From contig NC_068986.1 in the NCBI RefSeq assembly GCF_001194135.2, positions 1,337,039 through 1,401,038 of the forward strand: a stretch of DNA of 64,000 bases, read 5' to 3'. Of the stretch, positions 38,593 to 51,400 are shown piece by piece (the first letter of the stretch is position 1; the number at the start of each line of letters is the position of its first letter). Source of the DNA: Octopus bimaculoides. Lineage: Eukaryota. The position numbers and the translations under genes are program-made. The notes beneath the pieces were generated by a model. The model ran no database searches and was not told the origin of the DNA. It was given only the letters and a program-made list of their open reading frames with translations.

Positions 38593-41500
38593 TACCCTGT
38601 TAGTTTTCCTTATTTTCTATAGAGTGTGTGTATATAAGCCACTGGCAATTAAACTTTAATGTTTTAAAACTGTGAAATGTTAAATCAATAGATATAATTA
38701 ATAAATATATAGATAATTTGCTTGTAATATTTTCTCTCTTGATTTTCATTTGATTGTTCATTTTCTATAAAAACTCTTTAAAATAATCTAATGTTCTTTT
38801 AAAGTAGTTATATTTATCGTTCATGTGAAAAATGAAGCTTTTGTTAATGTGTTAAAGTTTAATTATGTATGTGTTTATGTGTGTGTGTGTGTTAAATGTT
38901 TATTACAAATTAACAAATAGTGAAAAAAAGATGGCAAAATAATGCCTTGTGATATTTATATATCATAGAATTAAATTAATATGTAGTTCTCTTGCCTCCA
39001 AAATAAAAACACAACACTATAGAATTGCTCCAGTAGTATTATGTTGTTTATTTTTTTTTTATTATTACCATTGATTTCCTTTTTTTATTTCCTGTCAGAT
39101 TTTCTTAAAAAGACTATTATTATTATAAGAAATTAAAACTTTTACTGCAATTAGCAGAGATGTAAAATGTAATCAGAATTCTAATTTGTTGATTAAAAAA
39201 AAGAAAAAAAAGAATCGCATTTCCTTTTGCAGTGATATTAATTTTTAGTGTTTGAATTGCTTTCAATTCCTTTTGTAGGTCTTTGCTGGCATTCCTCACA
39301 CCACCTTCTAGGTCAGCTATATTCTCGTGATATTTGTTTGCTTGGAATGGAAAATACATTTGTTTTGCTTTCTTTTGCAATAATTTTATATTGTGGCAAT
39401 AATTTTTTTATTTTTTGCTGTTGACATTTAGCTTTTATTTGGCTCCTTTTTCCTTATTGTTCTTTGTTTCCCCAATGATTACCTACCCTTCTTTTATTTC
39501 TTCAATGATTACATCCCTTCCTTTTTTTCTTTTCTTTTCTTTTTGCTTTCAGCGTCTTCATTTGCTTTTCATCTATTATTAGTTTAACACACACACACAT
39601 AGAATATATATTAAATACACATAAACTCTTGAACTAAACTGTACTTGTATGGTTTGAAAATTATGATGGTTGTTGTAGTTTTAGAATAGTTCAGAAGGTC
39701 TGGTGAAATGTAATTAACACCTAATTTCTAATTCCTTCACCCTAATGAAGAGTAGGATCCTTACTTAAGTAACTAAACAAATTAGACTCAAGCCAAAAAT
39801 ATTGTTCTAATATAGTTTAATTTAAAATTATAATTATGAATATCTATCTGAACTGGTCTCATCAAATTCTTTGAATAAATTTATGAGTTTTGATGTATCT
39901 TTCTTATAGTCAGGTCTGTGTTTCCACAGTTTCAATATTATTGATTATGTAAAACATTGAAGTTGTACTATTTTTATTGTACACTGACATATACAGACTA
40001 GTGTCCTAATATTGGTTGTTGTAGTCACTATGTTTTGGCTGTAGTACCTTCCAGTCATCCTCAGGTGTCTGTCATATTTGCTACTATTCTTGGGATTTCA
40101 TTTTAAAATTCTAAGAACATTATTGAAAACAGCAAGCATCTAAGGAATGTTGTTAGGTTTTATGACCGAAATGTTGTGTCCATAAGAAGCAAGTTGAGGA
40201 CACGAGGTAGAATAGGTCAGTGTTTAATAATAATAATTTCTCATCTCAGAAATTCAAAGGAAATTAGTTTTATTTCATTTTACCCCCAAAATTACATTTT
40301 CAATGACTTACTCAGAAGAAGACCTCTATAACTGGTGGAAGGAAGAGTGGGAAATGTTTTTGAAGCAAAGACCTGGCCAGGGTGCTTGTAACAGTGTACT
40401 CTGCTAAAGGCAACCAGATGTCAGGCGGAGATGTTAAATTAGAAAATAAGTTTATTCCACACTTCTAAACAGGAATTGTCTCTTTTGCTGGGTTCTACAT
40501 ACTTTCTCTTACCCAATTTCACTCATAAGACTTTGGTTAACCTTCGACTATGATAGAAGTTACTTGTCCATGTTGCTGCTGTCCAGTTTAAAATAACTCT
40601 TTCTCACATAACTTCTCTTCCACACATCCATTCCTTCATATAGAAAATATGTTCCCTTAGGTGGTTTCTTTTATTTTCAAAAATGCTAAATGTTTTTGTT
40701 TGTTTTTTATGCTTTGGGAAAAATTCTAACAGAAACACAAGACTGTTGACAAAAATATCCTTAAATTGAATCTGATTAAGAAAGTGGTAAAAGTAGAAAC
40801 AGATATATTGTAGTGTTTGGGGTTCCTAGAGTTTTCTGGCATTTTTCTGTCATTTCTTTAAATTAGATAAAAATATCTTAAAATAGCTGACACCGAATCA
40901 AACGTATCTTGTTTAATGTGTTGCATTTATGGAACCAAATGTTAGCAAATGTCACTGCTGTACACTTAGACATCAACAAGACTTTTCCTCTATCAGCAAC
41001 GCAATATAGTTAGAAACATATCAAATAGTTGCAAATTATTATGCTGGATAAATTACATGCAGTGTATCATAATTGGTGGAGAATGCTCAGCTGAGCAAAG
41101 TCATGAGTTATGTTCTCTAAGGAACTATACTGAGTATCAGGCACAATTCAATTTGACTATACACCTGGAAGATGTAAAAGCAGCTGGCTACATGGTTTTA
41201 TGTTTACAGTTTACAGATTAACAGAAACGATGTTGTCTTCAGCCATAAACTCAAAACCACATGATCACCCACTTTTACCTACTCAAGTATATTCACGGGT
41301 TCAAAGGATTAAGTAATCCTGCTAGCCTACTACAGCTATGTCATCCACTTTTGCTGTAATCAATTTATCAGATCCTCAGTTTCTCATTAATGAGTCAATG
41401 AACTAACATGAGCTTTATTTTTTTTCTGTAGTAAATAAAATAAAGTGTCCTTGAAGCACTTCAGTCGATATATATAATCAACTATATACCTTCCTTCAAA

Positions 41501-42396
41501 CTTGCACCTAAGTTAAAAATCAATATTTGGTATATCTATGGTTTGACAGAGTGGCAGAAATGGTAAAGTGCCATATTAAATTACAATGTTTAATTATTGA
41601 CATCCTCTTAATATTCTCAAATTAAATCATGCTACTTCAACAAGAACAGTAAAGGCTAATCTTCTGGAGGAAGTCAGAATAAGGCCAAAATATGTCTAGA
41701 GTTGTCTTCCATACTTGCCAAAGAAAGGAAAATAATATTGATCATTGGCTAATATTGATATTATCTCATCCCTTTATTAGTAAATGTTAATATGTCACTT
41801 ATCATTTTTCATACATTTCTTTCTTTTTTTATATACATATTTAAGAATTATGAATTATAGGTAGATAACTTATACCAGGGTGAAGGGTGACAAGTTCTAA
41901 TAAGCACTTTGTGGGAAGAATCATATGCAAAATTCTTTAAAAAATATATTTCTTACAATTTAGTGGTATTACTTTGTATAGTAAGAAAATGTGGGGAAAA
42001 TGGAAAAATTGTCATGTGAGGAAAATGGGAAAATTTGATGGTGATGCATAATTTGCAAACAATATTACACATTTTTCTGAAAATATTAGATAGAAATTGG
42101 TTTAATAAATTTTATAAGGAAACTCTTAATTAAAAAAAATATGCTTAATCCTGTAATTTTCAGTATATTTTGTTGTTTTTTTTTTTTTCATGGGTATTTT
42201 ATCTTTTCATATTATATACCCATATTATATACCCATAGAAATGTGTTCATAATCTTGATATGTCTTGGTAAATATCTTTGGTATGTTTCAAAATTATTCA
42301 AATATTGTTTCTTTATTCATAAATATACATTAATCTTGTAAGACTGATTGTATTAATGTATTCTATTTAGGTTTTCCTGAACTGAAAGTGTAGAAG

Positions 42397-42688
<292 letters not shown>

Positions 42689-42692
42689 TTTA

Positions 42693-42890
42693 GGCAGTGA
42701 GCTGACAGAATTGTTGTCATGCTGAGTAAAATGCTTACTGGTATTTCGCCTGTCACTATGTTCTCAGTTCAAATTCCACCAAGGTTGACTTTGCCTTTCA
42801 TCCTTTCGGGATCGATAAAATAAGTACCAGTTGTTGTAATCAACTCATCCTTTCCCTCCAGATTGCTGCCCTTGTGGCAAAATTGAAACC
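42693..42890 (+). mobile_element. SINE family B (other copies about 21925-22230, 43228-43435, 52113-52327 on +; 60620-60745 on -)
   Basis: ggcagtgagctgacagaa..gttcaaattccaccaaggttgactttgcctttcatcc..taagtaccag. Confidence 0.85.
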
Positions 42891-43755
42891 ATTCTTATCA
42901 TTATTATTAGATTAATGATTATGGTTTTTAGGTGTTTTATCAATAATTAGGTTTTAGAAAAGAAAACATTTTTTAAATATTTAATTTCTTCTATTTTATA
43001 TTCTATTAATTGTAATTTAATTCTTATTAGTTATTGGACACTAAGTTTGTTATTATTGTTAATACCCATAGAATAGTCTCAGTAATCTCTGTTGGGGACA
43101 CTTGGGAATCTAACTGGAAATATAACTGGGTCCTACTGATAGGACCCTGTAGAGGAGGTGCCTGAGGATTCCACCCCAACAACCCTCCCAGGAATAGGGG
43201 ACAGAAAAGATGGACGGTTGAGAATATAAGGATAGTGGCAAAATCAGTTGAATGATACAAAATATTTTGTGGTATCTAATTACATATCTCAATGCTCTGA
43301 GTTCAAATCCTGCTGTGATCAACTTTGCTATTCATCCTTTTGGGGTTGATAAAATGTACACCAGTTGAGTACTGAGATTGACTTAACTGGCTATGTCCAC
43401 CTTCTACATTTGAATCCTTATGTTAGAAACAAATATTATGTAACCTGAAGTTAGTACTAAACTAAAAGCAAAATATGTCATATTTTGCACCATTCAGATT
43501 TTCTAATCTGAGTGCAATCTGAACATCTATGGTCATGAACCTTCAGCCTTCTTCAGAGCCACATGCATTTTCTAGTTTATTCAAATTGAACCTCGATATT
43601 CCAATATGTATAAAGCATTAGAAAATATCAAATAATTATGATTAAATTAAGTAATTAAGCAAAAAATATTACAGGTTAACTAACATTATTCTCTGGTCAA
43701 GCAATTCCAGATTCTTAACCATTGTCAGTGGAAGTATAGCTTTTATCATTCCTTG

Positions 43756-43806
<51 letters not shown>

Positions 43807-44637
43807 TAAAGCTGGAAAATGAAATTAGAAAAAATATATTTGTTTATAATCATTTATTTATTCTTCAGTTTCATTTAAATTTAGTTGTTCTAGGATAAAA
43901 TTATTGTATTTTTATTTATGTCTATTTTTTTTTTAAACTCTTGAACTTTTAAATGTGGTTGATTCCTTTGCTGGTACCAAGAAAGAGATATTTATTCTCT
44001 ATTATTTCTGTAATTTTAGGTAATAAATAAGATTTATAATTTCTCAAAGAAAATGTAAAAAAAAACGTCTTGTAATTGTGTCTACAGAAATTTTTTTTTG
44101 CATCTTTTTTTTTTTCTCTGTCATTCCAATGTCTTTCACATACTAATTTTTGGCCAAAGATGATGAAGTTTGAGATTTATAGTAGGTAAAGTTCAGTTTG
44201 AAGACTTCAAATAGATAAAAGAAAAATTTTCCACCTGACAGCAAGTGTCTTCATCAATTTTCTTCTGTTTGATTTATATAATCAGAGTTATTCATTCACT
44301 CAAAACATTTTTATTTACTCTTTGAACTCTCTCACAATTATCAAGATGTCTTCTATTCCATAAGAAGAAACAAATTCCTGCAAAAGTTGCATTTTAGAGC
44401 ATTAATATTTATCTTTTTTAAAGTCAACTACTTCATAATAGCTTCCTTTAAAGTTATTTATCTCAAGTTCTTTTATTTTTTCATGTTTGTTTCTATTACA
44501 ACATTAATACAACAATTTCTTTAGATATTTTCAAGGTATTTTTTGGAATTGCTTTTCTTTTTTGTCATTGTTTTTTTGTGTATGTTCTCATGTGCTTTTG
44601 TTTTACTGTTAATTATTTTTATTTTTTAAAGTTCCAG

Positions 44638-45181
44638 AAATTCACTGGGTTTCACTGTCAACGAAGCTAAAATGAACAGTCCGAGCAGAGCATCGATTCC
44701 AAACGCTTCCCCTGGAAGCTCCAGTGCTGATCTAATTGCAGAGATCACTGCAAAAGGAAAGTCTACTTTGAAGAGAACTCCACGACCAGAGCCTACTGTG
44801 ATGATGTACACTGAAAAAGGCATGGTCCCTGTAACAACTACCTCACCATTGTCAGCTGCAGTTTCTCCTACATATTCAACTGCAGCACCAACGACAACAA
44901 CCACTACCACAACAACAACAACAGATATTAGCACTTCTTCTAACAACAACAACAGTACTGTAACCAGTATTACTACTACCACTACTACCACTCGTAGTAG
45001 TAGTAATATCAAGTTGAATGACACAAGGACAAATCCTACAACAAATTTCTCACCAAATGTATCAGCAAACACAAGCCATGTCATTACTGCCAGCACGCCT
45101 ATTGCCACAATCACCAACAACACCAGTGAGGCACCAACCCCAGTGCCAGCAGTTGCTCCACAGCTGCTGCCTAAAGCAAAG
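44638..45181 (+). CDS. ESPN: Espin/forked-like gene, WH2 exon C (spliced form)
   Basis: Phase-2 acceptor ttccag|A (alternative aaag|T at 44632). Encodes ADLIAEITAKGKSTLKRTP, which resembles the vertebrate espin WH2 (SELLAEIKAGKSLKPTP), then a Thr-rich linker. Internal donor AAG|gtagga is phase 0, matching the exon at 51840. Confidence 0.85.
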
Positions 45182-46567
45182 GTAGGAAATGGACACTATG
45201 AAGATACTGTTAGTAGTACTTCATTGCGTCGACAGAAGTTTCTGGAAAGTCATAAAAATAATTCTCTTATTGAAATAGAAGAAGAGGTGTCTGTTAATGA
45301 AAAAACAATATCCCCAACACATACAGGGGACAGTAGTCAGGAAGACAGTGAGACAGATAAAAAACAAACAGAGGATACTTCAAAAGAAATAAAGTCAACA
45401 GTAGATAGTAAAACTTTTCATTCGGGAAATAGTTGGGAAAGTAAGCTTCTTCCTTCTGGAAGGAAATTACCAATGTTGAATGGAAAAATATCTACATTTT
45501 GGCAAATGGGAGGGAAGAGAAGCTTTGAACTTCCTAAAAAGAAGCATAATATTTTGTCTAGAATAAGTCAAGAAATCATAGAAATACCATCAGATGTTAA
45601 TAATAAAAGTAATGAAACGAAGCAAAAGAAGATTGATGACTGTGATGTAAAAACCTTATTGAAAAAGCCTAGTGTGGGTTTAAATGGGAAAGTAAAAGAA
45701 GCTACATTAGTTTCTCCACAAACCAATAATGGCATAAAAAGGAATGTAAAAGAGTCTAGGTTAGGCCGACCAGAGACATTTAAAAGTCTAAGAGGAAGAC
45801 TCAAAGAATCTAGTCTGTCATCAGAAACATCCACAGAATCCAGATATACAAAGTCTTTGGGGATTTCTGAAAATAGATTCTCTTTACAATCTAGTTTTTC
45901 TTCAGAAACATCTACTGAATCCAAGAACTTTAGGTCAATGGATTCCTATGAGAGAAGATTAATAAAACAGTCCAGTATGTCTTCAGAAGCATCAACAGAT
46001 TCTAGAAGTATAAGATTTGCTGATGTCTCTGATGATGTAATGGTTAAAGATTATAGTATATCATCGGAAATGTCTCTAGATTCTAAGCATTTCAAATATG
46101 ATGACAGTGAGACATCTGCTGGTAATGAGACTGATGAGTCTGAATCAGATTATGCTTATGGAGGAGTTTATGATAGATGTAGTGGCCGAAGGATTGGACC
46201 GATCGTTAATGAAATCAAATACAAAGCAGAATCATTAAAAAAGGAAACCTATAATTTTACAAAGAGCTTAGTTAACTTCAATCAAGGATTATATGTGGAA
46301 GATGTTGATGATGATTATGATGATTGCTATTATTATTCTGACTACGATAACCAAAATTATATTGAGGAAAGGAACAAAACAATGAGAAACCACATGCTTG
46401 AATTTAATATATGTAAACAGCCAATAGAGCATCCATTGAAAACGAGGCAATTTAGAAGTCTTGTGGATAGAAGACATATTCAGATTGGCACCAACTTTAG
46501 AGATTACGGTCAGACAAGATATCAGAATTTGCCGAGGAAATCACATTATGAAACCTTCATTAATTGA
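45182..46567 (+). CDS. Alternative terminal extension of exon C (461 aa plus TAA), isoform lacking the bundling module
   Basis: 1383 nt stop-free in AT-rich DNA beyond the donor; 81-nt periodic repeats; AATAAA at 46674-46679. Confidence 0.75.
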   Translation, partial: VGNGHYEDTVSSTSLRRQKFLESHKNNSLIEIEEEVSVNEKTISPTHTGDSSQEDSETDKKQTEDTSKEIKSTVDSKTFHSGNSWESKLLPSGRKLPMLNGKISTFWQMGGKRSFELPKKKHNILSRISQEIIEIPSDVNNKSNETKQKKIDDCDVKTLLKKPSVGLNGKVKEATLVSPQTNNGIKRNVKESRLGRPETFKSLRGRLKESSLSSETSTESRYTKSLGISENRFSLQSSFSSETSTESKNFRSMDSYERRLIKQSSMSSEASTDSRSIRFADVSDDVMVKDYSISSEMSLDSKHFKYDDSETSAGNETDESESDYAYGGVYDRCSGRRIGPIVNEIKYKAESLKKETYNFTKSLVNFNQGLYVEDVDDDYDDCYYYSDYDNQNYIEERNKTMRNHMLEFNICKQPIEHPLKTRQFRSLVDRRHIQIGTNFRDYGQTRYQNLPRKSHYETFIN

Positions 46568-46673
46568 ATAGGTTTCTCATTTAAGCTTAGGAAATGATCG
46601 TTTATCCTTGTTAAGAACAATTCTTGTAGCTTAATCCAAAGAAAATTTCATTAAAATGTCTAGAAATCTATTT

Positions 46674-46679
46674 AATAAA
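46674..46679 (+). promoter_or_regulatory. Candidate polyadenylation signal of the alternative terminal exon
   Basis: AATAAA 106 nt after the TAA, followed by U-rich ttattgtattttt. The hexamer is common in AT-rich DNA. Confidence 0.45.
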
Positions 46680-46719
46680 TTTATTGTATTTTTGCTGCCC
46701 GGTCCAGGAATCAAACCCA

Positions 46720-46830
46720 CAATCATAAGGTTGTGAGTTTGATTCCTGGGCCAGAAAGTGCATTGTGTCCTTGAGCAAGGCACTTCATTTCACATTGCTC
46801 CAGTGTACTTAGCTGGCAAAAATGAGTACC
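46720..46830 (+). mobile_element. 5'-truncated tRNA-SINE of a third family, with an inverted duplication of its B-box region
   Basis: gagtttgattcctggg..gtccttgagcaaggcact..gctccagt..agctggcaaaaatgagtacc; related copies at about 7230-7300 (-) and 24640-24770. Confidence 0.65.
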
Positions 46831-48442
46831 AACTGTTGCTTCAGCTCTTTCTCCTCCACCACCACCACCCACTCTTTCAGCTGTCACATCCTGGATGTTT
46901 CTCTGGGTCAAAGGTGAGAGGGTTCAGAGAGTGTCTGTCTATGTTTGTCCACATCTACAGCGTATGCTTCTACCAAGTTCTGCTTTCTTGCATACAACAA
47001 TAATGGGATGGGGTTTAATATATATTTTCATTTTTTATTTCATTTCATTTTAGAAAGACTTTGATGAGGACTATTTTTTCTCCCGATAACATTATCCAGA
47101 ATATATTTCAAAAGAGAAGAGAATTCATGATTCGGGAAAAATTTAACTTTAATTTCATTAATTACATTTACTCATTCTATCAAGTGTCAGTTTACAAAAG
47201 CTTTTTTTTTTTATATTTTACATGTCAAGACCCTCTCCTATGTTTTACTCCATTCTGGCTTCTTAAAACGAATTACAGAGCCCTTAACTTGTATCTTATG
47301 CATCATAACATTGATATGTTAATGACAAAAATCAATGTATTGTGCAATCACACGTTGCAAAAAGATTTGTAATTTATAATTTCACAATATTGATATTTTT
47401 TTTGTTATTTCTTTTATTTAGAAAGCTTTAAAAATTAGATAGTATCATATTTTCAAAATTTATTAGAATTTATCTTGGAGAAATATAATAATGGATTCTT
47501 AAATTTACAATCATAGCAATATTCCATATGGAAGCAATATTTTATACTAATCATGTTTACTCTTCGAATTCACTGAGATTTAGTGATTAGTGAATATTTT
47601 CATAATTAAATACAGCAAACAAATATTTTTTTCTTGAAATCTGGGAATCAACTAAAAGAGAAATTTATCTCATGATCTTTAATAATTTTAGAATTAAAGG
47701 AAATATATTTTAGTCTTATATAGCTTGGACTTGAACCATTAAAAAGAAACTTTCCAGATGTTATGCGTATAATTTTGTTAATGCCAATTGTCTGAATGAA
47801 ATGATACTTACATAAAAAATTAAAATTTTATTTGGGGAAAATGCATAGAAATAATAACAAAATTGGTGTTTATTTTTGTTGAAATCCATTGATTTGCTTG
47901 CTAATCTGAATATTAAAAAAAAACTTTTTCCTATATCATGAAACTATTCTATGAGACAAGAAAAAAAAAAGTAATATTATGTGATTTGTGATACTGGTGA
48001 ATGCATAAATATATTTGCAAGAATATATGTTGCAAAACTCTGAATTCTAAATAGTTTTCTATGAAATGGGATCTCTACTTATATGTAAATATTGGATATA
48101 CCAGAAAGTTTCTTGATCTATGAAGCTATCGGTGTTGGTGCCCATTTCTGCATATAAAGGTAACACCTTTCTGGTTGTTTTTATCAAATCACTGCAAAGA
48201 TTGTAATTCACTAGTAGTCACACAAGCAGTTGTGGTGATGTCACATCTTGATCCCTGATAAAGGAGCAGTAAAAATCAGGAACTCACAAAACATACTCTG
48301 TAACTTACAATATGTAATTGCTGTACAATGAAATATTCTTTTATAATTTTCTTTTTTCTATTAATGATAACCACGCACCTTATTTTTGAAATCCTATTTT
48401 TAAGTTTAAAATTTTGTTCTTGTAGGAAAATTAACTTTATAA

Positions 48443-48483
<41 letters not shown>

Positions 48484-51400
48484 TTATATATATATATATT
48501 TATTTATTTATTTATTAATATAATGGGTATGTTTTCAAAGTGCTGGACTACACAAGGTCAATGATTCAAACTTTGTCAGTCATTGTGCAGTGCTTTAAGA
48601 GAAGACAATATTCTGTTGCCACAGTCTGTCAGGTTTTCATTGGGTTCTACTTCCACTTTATAGTTGTATGATTAGCACCAAGAAAACCACAGATCTTTAT
48701 TAGCCATTACTCCAGAAATATACAAATGTTGAAATTGCCATCTCAAATATGATTGCATGGAAAATGTATATAAAACTGTAAAAAAAATGTTTTGTAAAAA
48801 TTAAAAAAATTACCATTAGTTAGCATATATTCATTAAGATTTTTATAAAATTAAATTTACTGAGAAATGTTCAGTTCATCTTTATTAGTAATTAATAGCT
48901 TTTTGAAACCTGCTTATTTTATGAGATCTTGGTGCATAATGTTCAAGATTAATTAGAAATGTATGCTTCATTAAAGTCTATTATCTGATACTAATTATTT
49001 TCAAGTTAGAAACTTCAGACTGGATTAGTTAATTGATATTCAGTAAATTTAATTACTTTGTTGTTAAATTTATCTCTCAAAAACAAGTCATATTTTGAGT
49101 ATATTATATTAAATTAAATATTTAAATTTGCATCTAGTTTGAGAATTAAGATTGATTAAAGAAACAACAAGAGAAGTTTATATGCAGTTGCTCAACCTGC
49201 TAGAAATGGCCATCAAATCTCCTTAAATTTCCCTTGGAAGACAACCTTACCTTCTTAAAACAAGAAGGGACACATTGGATAATATAGACCTGGATATATG
49301 AAAATTGGGATGGTCAAAACTGGTACATCTATGATCATAGGTTTGCTCTGTCAGAATTGACTTGTGAAGGATTGAAAGAATACATATTTTAAGCAATGGT
49401 TAGAGACTGGTTACCTAAAATAAAGAATCCTAAAAATGTGTTCTCTTTTTTGGGGAATTCTCTATTGTATTCCAACTTTTCCTAATTCATAAAATAAAAT
49501 CAAAAACTTGGATTGGTTTAATCAACTGATACTAGTTTCTCCCGATATTTTCTTAAAGAGACCACAGTTGAGAATCCCATCTTTACAGTACTATCTGTGT
49601 GTGCTTTTAAAGCAGACAAGGGTGTGATGCCATGCACACACACTGGAACATTCCATAAATAACCTTATAAGTGACAAGGTATGCAGTACATCCATAACTG
49701 TGTCCAATGCAAGTCAATATAAGAAGATTGTATTCATATAAGCATAATGTCTGAAATTTATTTTAAAATATATTACGGAATTCAATTAAAACTGTAAACT
49801 TATTTTCTAAATTATTTCTAATTTAGAAAAATATATTTTCATACATCCTAAAATCCTGATGTATCTTTGTACATGTTTAAAATCAGGACCTCTTAATTAA
49901 AGAGCTGCTAAACATCTTCCTTAACATATTTCTAATGAAATGCACTGTCTATTTATTTTGATTAAATTTGAAAATGATCAAGTAAATTGACTAACAACTA
50001 CATTATTGAGATGATGTCTGGAATATTACAAAAGGTTCTTTCATCTAATTATGAAAGAACAATTAAATTTATAGTTTTTTTAGTTTAATATATGAATGTT
50101 ATAAAACAAATTGTTTGTTATCATAAAACCAGTAATAACTTCAGGTGGGTTGGTATCTCAAGGATTTACCTTTTCTAAACTATTGTTGGGTTAAAATTGA
50201 AATTCTTCAAAAAAGAAAACACAGTTTAATATTGAAGTGTTTCATTGTAACAGCATTATATATTTAAAGAATATTTTCAGAAGCAATGTTTTCATAGCAA
50301 GTATGTATGTTGTGTATTCTGAGTGGTCACTTGACAGAACTCATTATAAAGCAATGACTTTCACTTTCTCTGTTAAATATAACTTAGAAATTTTAACAGC
50401 ATGTCACCACAGTTCATTAATCTCATGAACATTCAGGGTAAAAACACTGTTTGAATGCTTTGCCGTTTGGAGAAAAGAAAGCACAGTTGATAGCTTCACC
50501 TTCCTGAAAAGCATGTCACTTCGAGAAATGTTAGATAATAGTACAATAGTTGCAAGTCTCTTATATTCAGTTCACTTAAATTCCAACATTTTAAATTTCA
50601 CAGTTTTTTTAGGGGGGGGGGGGGTTTGTCACAAAACCACGTTGTCCATTTATTTTCGCTCAGTTTCCTAATTAATAATTTTTGAGTATAACTGTATATT
50701 ATTTAATTTTAGTTAGCCATTTCTCATTTGTGGCTTTCTTTTTCTCTCATTTACCATTCTTGATTCAATACACTGAACACACTTATATATGTCAATGCTT
50801 TTTAGAGATCAAATTTTTAAATCTGTAGTTACTGTGTGTTTGTCTAGATGCAAACATTACACTAGATATCTTTAACTTAAAAGTTTTGGGCCCTAGGCAA
50901 CACCTGCAAACTTGGAGTGTTTGAACTCTGAATTATAGGTTTAAAAGTTGATAACAAAATGTCAACCTATACATTAGTAAATAGAGAATGCTCACTTTAA
51001 AATTTAGGTCTTAAGTCTTATAATAACATTTTCATTCATAACAGACTCTATTATCTAATTTATGATATATTCTTTTATAAAGTGAGCCTCTCTTGTGTCC
51101 CCAGATAAAACTTAATGCTGTGTCCTCAGACAAGACGTATAATTCTATATTTCCCAGTTTACTTGTGAATAATCACTCTGATATTATAGGTAAATTACCT
51201 GTAATAGATTTGTATTTTATCCAGAAGATCTAACTTGCATCAGCTTAAATCAATAGAATCTGCAGATAAGAACTATACTACATAAGATTTAGTGCTAATA
51301 AAATGATTAAAAATAAATATATTTTCTTTTAATATAAATTAATATATGACAATTTAATAATTTTCTGTAATTAACATATTACAAAATTACATAATTTATT

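Noticed and set aside
39279-39311. 33-nt symmetric microexon candidate (ttttgtag|G..AG|gtcagc, RSLLAFLTPPS)
   Set aside because: Weak donor, and the pyrimidine tract is explained by a minus-strand LINE-like remnant (KYHENIADLEGGVRNASKDLQKELKAI).
44626-45123. 165-aa hydrophobic minus-strand ORF (also 45568-45924 and 28728-28976)
   Set aside because: Antisense shadows of Thr-, Ser- and Pro-rich espin-like exons.
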